Below are positions 56,179 through 64,000 of a stretch of DNA of 64,000 bases, piece after piece (position 1 is the first letter of the stretch; each line of letters opens with the position of its first letter). The stretch is from IMG/VR virus record IMGVR_UViG_3300032053_000004, positions 96,001 to 160,000 of that record. The stretch is one strand, 5' to 3'. The translations under genes and the position numbers were made by a program. Origin of the DNA: a virus (Duplodnaviria > Caudoviricetes). The notes below the pieces were generated by a model that was not told where the DNA came from, did not search any database, and worked only from the letters and a program-made list of their open reading frames with translations.

Positions 56179-56841
56179 ATGAGTATGCAAAAGAAAAAAA
56201 ACGTAAATTATGCGACTCAATTAAATACGGTAGTCGATAGAATACTAGATAATATAGTAGATAATATAGCTAAAGATGGACTTGTTCTTTTAAAGAAAGT
56301 ATTAGATTCATCCGGTTTTGCGGATTCTGAGTATCTTAAAGATTATGAAGTATATGCTCATGTAACCGGACACTCCATAACTTTTGAAATTCTTCTCGAC
56401 ACATCAGCTATAGACGAAATTGAACAAGAAAAATCAGAAGAAGCAAAAGAAAAAGCTGAAAAAATAAAAGAAAAAAAGATTGAAAGAGCCTCTAGGTCTT
56501 ACGGGATTGTAAAAACCGGGCCAGCCAGAGTTCTTGGAGTTCGAGACGCTCGTTCTCCAGCTATAGACGCGCGGACGGATAATAGAAAGAATTCGAAAGA
56601 CCGATTAGTTGAACATGAGATAGCTTTAGTAGCTCCTCGTGGTCTTTCCGTAAAAAGGAATGGTAAAGTTTCTCTTAAATTAAAAAGAACAGCGAGAGAA
56701 ACTGATACTGAATTCATTTATCCTAAACGAGACCCTGAAGGAATAATAAAAGAGTTTCTTGATAAGTTAAGTGATATAACTAAGAAGAATTTTCTTCCAG
56801 AACTTGAAAAAGCGATATCTAAATATGCTTCTCAAAATTAA
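56179..56841 (+). CDS. Hypothetical neck/tail-region protein
   Basis: 220-aa ORF in the neck cluster. Confidence 0.5.
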   Translation: MSMQKKKNVNYATQLNTVVDRILDNIVDNIAKDGLVLLKKVLDSSGFADSEYLKDYEVYAHVTGHSITFEILLDTSAIDEIEQEKSEEAKEKAEKIKEKKIERASRSYGIVKTGPARVLGVRDARSPAIDARTDNRKNSKDRLVEHEIALVAPRGLSVKRNGKVSLKLKRTARETDTEFIYPKRDPEGIIKEFLDKLSDITKKNFLPELEKAISKYASQN

Positions 56842-57385
56842 ATTGATAAATCAGATATCTTCAGATATAATTATTGAGGATATAGGAGTTAAATTGAGTG
56901 GGAAAGGTGATTCCCGTATAGTAGATTTTGACATTGCCTCAAAGTCTAAAGATTTGGTTCGTATGGCTGGAATAGTTAGACAAGAGCAAATTCCTGTGCT
57001 TAAAATTTGGCCATTCACATCCACCCCGGATATTCCGGTTCCAAAATCTATAATTCCCCCTCAAAAGCCGAACCCCGTCAAAATCATAATTCACGATGAT
57101 CAATCAAAAGCCATTTCAGAACTTTCTTCAAAAATGGATATGATTCTTCAAATGCTTTCGGAAAAATCTAATACTCCGACAACTATCGTAAATCAAATAA
57201 TGCCTTCATCTGGACAGATTGCTCAGTCTCCGATGAAAAAATCGGATGATCCGGTATTCATACCTAGTAAGATAGTCCCGGATGGAGTTGAATCAAATAT
57301 GAATATTAAATCTAATGAAATTCAGAAAGAAGATATTGAAGATGTGAGTAGAAAACTTGGTTCTTTGTTAAGATCTAAGAAGTAA
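56825..57385 (+). CDS. Hypothetical protein upstream of the actin-like gene
   Basis: ATG 56825 preferred; Pro-rich linker and short C-terminal helix. Confidence 0.55.
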   Translation: MLLKIKLINQISSDIIIEDIGVKLSGKGDSRIVDFDIASKSKDLVRMAGIVRQEQIPVLKIWPFTSTPDIPVPKSIIPPQKPNPVKIIIHDDQSKAISELSSKMDMILQMLSEKSNTPTTIVNQIMPSSGQIAQSPMKKSDDPVFIPSKIVPDGVESNMNIKSNEIQKEDIEDVSRKLGSLLRSKK

Positions 57386-57397
57386 TGTTATACTGGA

Positions 57398-58426
57398 ATG
57401 GCTAGGAAAGAAACACATATGGAAAAGTCTGAAATCGTTCCAGGTTGCTCTATAGACGTTGGCACCATGAACTTGGTGGCCGCTCGTCGATCTGGGAAAA
57501 AAGTATCCACTAATCGAATTCGAAATGCTTTTATAGATTTAGAACCTGATAAGAAGAGAATGCTTAAGTTGAGTAACACGAGTTTCGTAGAACTCGGGGA
57601 TCGTCTTTTAGTCTTGGGCGACGAAGCTTTAGAAACCGCTAATTTGTTTAATCGTGAAGCTCGCCGCCCAATGTCTGGAGGATTGATGGCTTCAGGAGAA
57701 CTTGATTCTCAACAAATTATCAGTTTGATGATGAAAAAAATATTAGGAGATCCTACAGTCCCTAATGAAAAATGTGCTTATTCAGTCCCTGCCCCGGCTG
57801 TTGATGTTAATGATTCTGATATCACATATCATAAAGCAGTTTTAAAGAAAATTTTGACTGAGCTTGGATACGATGCCATAGATGTTAATGAAGCTTTAGC
57901 CATCATATTTTCAGAGTGTGGTAATGAAAATTTTTCTGGCCTTGGGATAAGCTATGGTTCTGGTATGACTAATGTTTGTCTTGCCTATAACGCCATGAGT
58001 GCCATGGAGTTCTCTTTAGGGAGAGGCGGGGATTACATAGATCGTGGAGCCGCTAAAGCTGTTGGCACTACAGCTGCTCGAATTTGTTCTATTAAAGAAG
58101 GTAAGTCTAAATCTGTAGACATAACTAAACCTGAAACTCGGGAAGAAGAAGCTATAGCTTTGTTCGTTCAAACTCTCATAGATTATACTATAGATAATAT
58201 CATTACTCATTTTCATAATGTAAAAAGTGAGCTTTTCATACCGAAACCAGTTCCTATAATAGTTTCCGGCGGGACTTCATTGGCTAATGGATTTTTGGAG
58301 AAATTTAAGGAACGATTTAAACTTCATTCAGGAAAGTTCCCGTTTCAAGTTTCAGATATAAGGGCTGCTGCTGACCCTATGACAGCTGTGTCTACCGGAC
58401 TGTTATTATTGAGTCAGATGGATTGA
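57398..58426 (+). CDS. Actin-fold ATPase (MreB/FtsA/ParM-like)
   Basis: Phosphate-1 IDVGTMN, connect-1 NEALA, phosphate-2 ISYGSGMT, GGDYID, and adenosine motif IVSGGTS. Confidence 0.85.
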   Translation: MARKETHMEKSEIVPGCSIDVGTMNLVAARRSGKKVSTNRIRNAFIDLEPDKKRMLKLSNTSFVELGDRLLVLGDEALETANLFNREARRPMSGGLMASGELDSQQIISLMMKKILGDPTVPNEKCAYSVPAPAVDVNDSDITYHKAVLKKILTELGYDAIDVNEALAIIFSECGNENFSGLGISYGSGMTNVCLAYNAMSAMEFSLGRGGDYIDRGAAKAVGTTAARICSIKEGKSKSVDITKPETREEEAIALFVQTLIDYTIDNIITHFHNVKSELFIPKPVPIIVSGGTSLANGFLEKFKERFKLHSGKFPFQVSDIRAAADPMTAVSTGLLLLSQMD

Positions 58427-58456
58427 TTGATACCTGTTTAATGCGGAATACTTAAT

Positions 58457-58738
58457 ATGGATAATTATTTTCGTGGCGTTCCTGTTGGAAAGATAATCAC
58501 GACTGTTGAAGACGTTATATCTCATAACGCTTCTGTTGGTATACTTTCTCCCTCAGGTCAACCGACTAATCAAGTCGATCCTCCTTCGCTCCCTTTAGCC
58601 CCAGAGCCTCCCCAAAATACTGGGGGTTCTCAGGAAGAAATTCCTGCTGTGGAAGCTTCTGAACCTGTGGAAGCTTCTGAACCTGTGGAAGCTTCTGAAT
58701 CTGATGCATCAGATTCTCCAAAGCGTCGTCGTCGATAA
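58457..58738 (+). CDS. Hypothetical low-complexity protein
   Basis: Contains VEASEP x3. Confidence 0.6.
   Translation: MDNYFRGVPVGKIITTVEDVISHNASVGILSPSGQPTNQVDPPSLPLAPEPPQNTGGSQEEIPAVEASEPVEASEPVEASESDASDSPKRRRR
58647..58700. repeat. 18-nt coding tandem repeat x3
   Basis: ctgtggaagcttctgaac units. Confidence 0.9.
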
Positions 58739-58750
58739 CGAAGGCGTGAT

Positions 58751-59962
58751 GTGCAATATTCTTGGCTCAGTTCACCTATTAAGAAGAAGCTCATACATGA
58801 GCTTCGTTCAATATTAGAGAGTCACCCCAGATACCGGGGTGACGCTCAAAACGTTCAAAATAAATTCGCCTTTACCGAAAGGCCTCAACGTGGGATTATA
58901 CTAAATAATACTTCTGCAGATCGAGTTAGACTATCTGCAGATAACTATATCGGTTGTCTTTCTTCATTTTGTATGCTTGCTTATTACACGGATTTTCCTG
59001 GGACTACTATTGAGTGGGTTCGGGAAAATTCGGATTTGCTTTATAAGATTTCCCCAAAAAGGAACATTTTTCCTAGTCATCCTGGCGTATATAATATATC
59101 AATAACTGAAGTTCCGGATGAAGCTCATAATATTCCTGGGAAATTTGTTATAACTCCTCTTTTGACCATTACTAATGAACCACTGATTGTTTTTTCTAGT
59201 TCAGGTGATTTTGATGCCCAGCTTTCTCATGAAAATATCTATCCAGGGTCCGTTAGGCTTTGGTTAGATCAAAGAATAGCTCTTCTAGAAGGTGTAGACT
59301 TTATTGTTGAAAATACGACCGGATATGTAACGTTTTTAAAACCAACTCCTACTGGGTATTCAGTTTCTGCTGATTATCGATTCATAATCCCGGATCAAGG
59401 TCCACTTGATTTTAAATCAGAAGAATTTGATGCTACTTCAATTCCTGGAGTCGTTATAGCATTTGGTGATCGGGCTCAAAAAGGAGACCGGTTATCTATT
59501 GTTGTGACTGACGAAAGAGTTGATACTGCCTCAATTTATGGCGGGAAATTTGAAATCAATACTGAACTTATAGTTTTTACTCGGGACGCTGAAGACCGAG
59601 AAAAAATGAGCGATTATGTGATAATTAAAATGCTTGAGCGCCAAAATGATCTCGGATTTTTAGGCATAGAACTTCTCGATATTTCCCCAGGGGGTGAGAG
59701 CGAAGAAGTTTACAATGAAGCCACTGACGATTATTTTTATGATAGCACAATCTCGCTTTCTCTTCGGGTAGACTGGGAGTCATACATTCCTCTCCCGATC
59801 GAAGTCGAAGCTATCCGTATGACATCTAAATCAGCAGAACAAGAAACTGGTTATTTGGATGGAACATTCCCATACGATTTATTGAAAATCGGTTCTCCTG
59901 TGGAAGTTGCAGGGGTGAATACTATTATCGGTCGGAATATCGGATATGAGCGAACTCGTTAG
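58751..59962 (+). CDS. Putative tail terminator/completion protein
   Basis: 403 aa, upstream of the sheath; inserted small beta domain (LLEGVDFIVENTTGYVTF). Confidence 0.45.
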   Translation: MQYSWLSSPIKKKLIHELRSILESHPRYRGDAQNVQNKFAFTERPQRGIILNNTSADRVRLSADNYIGCLSSFCMLAYYTDFPGTTIEWVRENSDLLYKISPKRNIFPSHPGVYNISITEVPDEAHNIPGKFVITPLLTITNEPLIVFSSSGDFDAQLSHENIYPGSVRLWLDQRIALLEGVDFIVENTTGYVTFLKPTPTGYSVSADYRFIIPDQGPLDFKSEEFDATSIPGVVIAFGDRAQKGDRLSIVVTDERVDTASIYGGKFEINTELIVFTRDAEDREKMSDYVIIKMLERQNDLGFLGIELLDISPGGESEEVYNEATDDYFYDSTISLSLRVDWESYIPLPIEVEAIRMTSKSAEQETGYLDGTFPYDLLKIGSPVEVAGVNTIIGRNIGYERTR

Positions 59963-60013
59963 AAATTTTGTGACATAGTTCGATTCCATTAGATCTCTTT
60001 AGTATAGTTTATC

Positions 60014-60427
60014 GTGCCTGTATTTGAATACACATGCAAAAATTGCGATGTTGGTTTCGAAGAAATTTTAGTTAATTCAGAAGATATTAAAAATTTTTTC
60101 GAAAAGCATAAATGTCCTGTTTGCAATAAATGGGCGAAAAGACAACCAGTTTCCGCAGTGAATTTTACTTTTAAGTCCTCTACACCTGGAAACTCAGGGT
60201 CTCATGATTTGGATTATCCGACCTTAGATAAGGCTGTCGGAAGATCTTCTGAGAAAAAATGGGGAAAAATTAATGATAGAAAAGCTGCCCGAGACAAAGT
60301 AAGAAAAGAATCTGGTACCAATTCTATAACTCAAATCGGTAATAAAATGATGCCGACTTCTCCTGAAAAATTGGCAGTACGTCAAAAAGCTTTCGAAACT
60401 TTAAGAGAAGTTTCGAAAAAGTCTTAG
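60014..60427 (+). CDS. FmdB-family Zn-ribbon protein
   Basis: MPVFEYTCKNC...KCPVC. Confidence 0.75.
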   Translation: MPVFEYTCKNCDVGFEEILVNSEDIKNFFEKHKCPVCNKWAKRQPVSAVNFTFKSSTPGNSGSHDLDYPTLDKAVGRSSEKKWGKINDRKAARDKVRKESGTNSITQIGNKMMPTSPEKLAVRQKAFETLREVSKKS

Positions 60428-60464
60428 ATATTAATAAATCAGCCTAGTCTCATTGTTGAGGCTT

Positions 60465-60515
60465 CTATGATTTGAGTTTCTTGAGCCCTTCCGGTCTCAA
60501 GAAACTCATACATAG
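60465..60515 (+). other. Long stem-loop upstream of the tail sheath gene
   Basis: TGAGTTTCTTGAG (60473-60485) pairs with CTCAAGAAACTCA (60496-60508), with an outer CTATG/CATAG helix. Confidence 0.6.
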
Positions 60516-60586
60516 ATTTGTTTTGCGGATTTTTTAGTACATAGACCAAGACGTAGACCTTCTAGATTAGGAAGGGAATCAGGAAA

Positions 60587-63500
60587 ATGGGAATCGGACC
60601 TTTCACCACATACGCACCTCCTGGAGTTTACACGAGCACCTTAGTTGAACCGGCCGTCGGTCAACTTTTAGGTGGTCTTCGTATACCTGTACTAATTGGC
60701 ACAGGCCAAGAATCTATGTCTCAGGACAATTATGAAATTGTCCGTGGGTCTAGCAGCGTATCCGATACTCCGATCTTCGGAGAAGACGTCGCTGCCCGCT
60801 GGGTTGTTAGTGGTACTAACACCAACCCGGTCCTTGGTAACCAAACCGGGGATCTTTTCAAGTTCCGAGTTCGGAACTATCCGATCGTAGATGGGACTGG
60901 CATCGGGCGGACTGCCTTTGACGCTAACCGCGTTGCAGTTTCTGTCAATGGCCAACCTGTATCTGTTTCTGGTGTTGATGGCACTAACGGCATCGTCTCT
61001 CTTTTAATTGCTCCTGAGCCTACTGATATTGTTACAGTTAATTATTATTTCCACCGTAAAGATACCAGAATCACCGATGACGTCTCGATTCAGGTGACGC
61101 TCGGATCTGCCGTTCTGATTGTTCCGAGAGTAGAGACATATGTCATAGTTACTGGTGTTAACGACACATTAATCGTTAATGTCAATGATTCGGCCAGTTC
61201 TTCGACGATCGTTTTCCCGGCGGCTACATATACCGCTGCTTCAGCGGCTAATGCTATTAATATAGCGGCCATTCCGGGTCTCACAGCCTCGGTCCATGTT
61301 GATAATCAGGCCTTGAATCACGTTCAGCTCGTTGCTCAAGGAAACGTTCTGATTGGTTCAGGAAACGCCAACGGAACCTTCGGACTCAATCCGGGCGCAT
61401 ATACGAATAGAAATCGTAGTTTCCGAGTATTCAACGGTCCGATCGTTGACGGGTCTGATGGTGGCATTACGACCACTGATCCTTCGAAGGTCGTGGTTAT
61501 GGTTAATGGCACTCAGGTTCTCGCTTCGGCGGTGGACGGTGCCAATCGTTTAGTGACTCTTTCGTCTGCTCCTTTTAATGCAGCGATAGTTACTATTCAA
61601 TACTACTTCAACACATACCAAGATACTTTCGATTATCTCCCGAATTCAAATATCGTTTCGACCGGGAATGTCGGCATATCCCCTGGCCGTCGGGACTATC
61701 TGAACGGCCCCGATTTCATCGTCATAAACCAAGGCGATCAGTCCATAATTCAGTGGGGTACCGCCTTCCAGGTTCAGCCGGGAACGAGAACCGGAACCAC
61801 GTTTTTCGATGGAACCCAAGTTCTTGGGTTACTTGTCGATGATCGCATATTTGCGATAGAGTGTGCTCGATTTACTAATCCGACTACAAATTCGATCGAG
61901 ACGAATGTTTGGACGCTTCCGCTCCAGCCTACGACCGGAAATGGGCGTGATACGCCTCTTTCAACTTCTGTATTCAATGCCATAACGAATGGCAGAATTG
62001 ATCTTCCAACCGATCAGCCTGAACTGGTTACTGCTTATGTTGGAAAAACGGTCCGCGACGCTCTCGGGCGTCCTCCGGTCACCGTTCTTGCGGTTGATTC
62101 TGTGACCAATAATATAACTCTTAAAGATCCGGTTCCAGCGGATTATAGAGTTTACGCAACATTCTGGTACAATCGTATTCAGGATGACACTTATACCCTG
62201 ACGGTCATCAACGCTGGTTCTACTGGTGTTGGTACGTATAACGTCGCATCCCAAGCTCAGGGTCGTAATCTTCTGAGTATGAGATTCGGAACGAAGACGG
62301 CTCTTCCCCAATCGGTTAATTTCCCGAGTGGTTCAGAACTCAATCCCGACGCGATTCAATTCGGTGGGAACCCGGTTTCTGAAACTGCGACTATTACTTT
62401 CACGTTGCAACCGGCGACTCACGCTTCGTTCACCAATGCGAACGCGGAGCCGTACGATCTGTTTGCCCCAGGGTCGAACATTTTCGGGAGCGTCATTATT
62501 GACGGTGTTCCGATCAGCGTGAACATGTCTACGGCTTATCCGGCAACTCTCGCCGGTCAGCCGGTGTTTACTCCGGCAACTCTCGTTTTCGCGGCGACGG
62601 ATCGTCTCGTTCTTGAAGTTGATGGTGTTTCGCTCAGCCCAATCGATGTGAGCGCTCTCACTACGCTCTCGGCTGTTGCGAACTCGGTCAATGAACAGAC
62701 TGTTATCGATCTCGCAAATGAGCTGAAGGCGGATTATAACTCTCATATTGCATCTACGACATATCATCTTGCAGCGGACGTCGCTAACCCGGTTACATCT
62801 CCTGATGCAACCTCACTTGCATCTGCTATTACTCTCATAAACGAGATGCAGGGTGACTACAACGCCCACAGAGTCAGCGTAGTTTTCCATCCAAACGCTG
62901 ATATAATTAACGTATCGGCGGCGGCTGCAGCTGTCGATCTTCCGACTGCCGTCACACTCGCTAATGAACTGAAGACCGTATTTAACTCTCATCGCGTTCA
63001 GTTCAATACAACGAACGGAAACGTTCATGTTATTGATGATACAGTGAACGTTGTTTCCACTCCCAATTCTGGTGGAGTGGCAACAGTTATCACTTACGGA
63101 ACCGAACAGGTTCTGGGTCTTCAGAGCACGAAGACTCCAGCAGCAGCACCTTCTGGATTGAATGATCTTTCTAGAACCAAGGTTTTGATCCCGGTTCTTT
63201 CGGGCCAAACTGACGCGGCGTCTAAAATCGGCCTCCAGTCCAATTTGGAAGCCACTGGGTCTTACAACTCGATCAATCAGCCTGGATTCCAAGTTAGTGG
63301 AAACGCCGGACCATTCAATATTTCAGCATCGGTTACTGATCAGTTTAGGTTCAATATTGACGGAACTGATTTTACTTCAATTCTTCCGTCAGGATCAACG
63401 ACTTCAACTACAGCAGTCGCCAACGCCATCAACGGAACCATAGCTTCAGCGGCCGACATAGCAACCGCTACAGCTACGCTCGTTACTCTTGCAAACGATA

Positions 63501-64000
63501 TCAAGACTCAGTTTAACCTTCACATACCGTCTGTTGTTTTCCACACGATTGCTGACGTCGTTAATACCATAACGTCTCCTGCTGCAACAGATCTCACGAC
63601 GTCCATAACGCTTTTGAATGAAGCAAGACTGCGCCATAACGCTCATCGGGTTACTGGCGCTTTCCATCCAGCTCCGGATACGATAAACGCTGTTCTTGCG
63701 TCTAACGCAACGAATCTTGGAACAGCGATTACTCTCGCCAATGAGATTAAGGCTGAGTTTAATCGTCATCGGCTTCAGACTATCGGTGCTGTCAATGTTC
63801 ACGTGGCTGATGACGCCGTAAACGTTGTTGCGGCAGTGGATGTGCTTTTTGCAAATCCTGCGGCCTTCGCAGGAACGTTGACCGGTCAGTATGCAGGTAA
63901 GCTCCTCCTCCGTTCCTTCGTCAATACTGTTCAGTCGGTTGTGACTACTCAGGACGGAACGGCAAACTCAGTTCTTGGATTCTCGAGTTTTGTAGACGCT
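60587..64000 (+). CDS. Tail sheath protein, very large, 3' truncated (absent from ORF track)
   Basis: SD AGGA, then ATG 60587: MGIGPFTTYAPPGVYTSTLVEP...RIPVLIGTG (YxxPGVY sheath start). The frame is open in the segments I translated and at base 64000, implying >1130 aa. Confidence 0.75.
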   Translation, partial: MGIGPFTTYAPPGVYTSTLVEPAVGQLLGGLRIPVLIGTGQESMSQDNYEIVRGSSSVSDTPIFGEDVAARWVVSGTNTNPVLGNQTGDLFKFRVRNYPIVDGTGIGRTAFDANRVAVSVNGQPVSVSGVDGTNGIVSLLIAPEPTDIVTVNYYFHRKDTRITDDVSIQVTLGSAVLIVPRVETYVIVTGVNDTLIVNVNDSASSSTIVFPAATYTAASAANAINIAAIPGLTASVHVDNQALNHVQLVAQGNVLIGSGNANGTFGLNPGAYTNRNRSFRVFNGPIVDGSDGGITTTDPSKVVVMVNGTQVLASAVDGANRLVTLSSAPFNAAIVTIQYYFNTYQDTFDYLPNSNIVSTGNVGISPGRRDYLNGPDFIVINQGDQSIIQWGTAFQVQPGTRTGTTFFDGTQVLGLLVDDRIFAIECARFTNPTTNSIETNVWTLPLQPTTGNGRDTPLSTSVFNAITNGRIDLPTDQPELVTAYVGKTVRDALGRPPVTVLAVDSVTNNITLKDPVPADYRVYATFWYNRIQDDTYTLTVINAGSTGVGTYNVASQAQGRNLLSMRFGTKTALPQSVNFPSGSELNPDAIQFGGNPVSETATITFTLQPATHASFTNANAEPYDLFAPGSNIFGSVIIDGVPISVNMSTAYPATLAGQPVFTPATLVFAATDRLVLEVDGVSLSPIDVSALTTLSAVANSVNEQTVIDLANELKADYNSHIASTTYHLAADVANPVTSPDATSLASAITLINEMQGDYNAHRVSVVFHPNADIINVSAAAAAVDLPTAVTLANELKTVFNSHRVQFNTTNGNVHVIDDTVNVVSTPNSGGVATVITYGTEQVLGLQSTKTPAAAPSGLNDLSRTKVLIPVLSGQTDAASKIGLQSNLEATGSYNSINQPGFQVSGNAGPFNISASVTDQFRFNIDGTDFTSILPSGSTTSTTAVANAINGTIASAADIATATATLVTLANDIKTQFNLHIPSVVFHTIADVVNTITSPAATDLTTSITLLNEARLRHNAHRVTGAFHPAPDTINAVLASNATNLGTAITLANEIKAEFNRHRLQTIGAVNVHVADDAVNVVAAVDVLFANPAAFAGTLTGQYAGKLLLRSFVNTVQSVVTTQDGTANSVLGFSSFVDA

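Noticed and set aside
17890-58445. TTTAT(C) 5-30 nt upstream of many late genes as a late promoter
   Set aside because: Spacing is variable and the word is common in AT-rich DNA, so it cannot be separated from background by eye.
58647-58700. Short direct repeats (also 52749-52808, 8549-8596) as CRISPR arrays
   Set aside because: They are head-to-tail, in-frame coding repeats without unique spacers, and no cas genes are present.
60692-63802. Short ORFs listed in the track over the last 3.4 kb
   Set aside because: They are out-of-frame or antisense to the single long sheath ORF, which the track missed because it has no stop in the window.
1-64000. Stop-codon reassignment (TAG or TGA), as in some large phages
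   Set aside because: Long conserved genes are intact in code 11, and TAG and TGA end genes at sensible points (for example 799, 10708, 56125, 59962).
1-64000. tRNA, rRNA or ribozyme genes
   Set aside because: No cloverleaf or conserved ribozyme core was recognised in the few intergenic gaps. A covariance-model search would be needed to exclude them.

Overview
This is a 64-kb, mostly plus-strand virion-morphogenesis region of a large, contractile-tailed dsDNA bacteriophage read in genetic code 11. The head module runs: partial portal, putative core/internal head proteins, Zn-ribbon prohead protease, Q/E-rich scaffold, decoration protein and a 294-aa major capsid protein. It is followed by a mixed-orientation accessory block that includes a GT51 peptidoglycan transglycosylase, then a homing-type endonuclease fused to a Mom-like GNAT domain. 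Next come a 1993-aa collagen-like fibre, a GC-rich fibre/patatin module and a six-gene glycosylation cluster (GT2-TPR-GT4, UDP-GlcA decarboxylase, methyltransferase, two GT4, B12 radical SAM). The last part holds a minimal ligase, neck genes, an actin-like ATPase and a very large tail-sheath gene that runs off the end and is missing from the ORF track. Two candidate undescribed systems stand out. (1) A family of gene cassettes joins a conserved 40-aa N-terminal leader (MKPSQVAIALRRIA...DLKKII.KIA) to unrelated acidic ~100-aa cargo domains, which suggests a capsid-loading signal for interchangeable injected effectors. (2) The phage appears to encode its own machinery to glycosylate and methylate a Ser/Thr-rich collagen fibre. 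All product calls come from motif recognition and gene context; no database search was run. I saw no tRNA, rRNA or CRISPR array.
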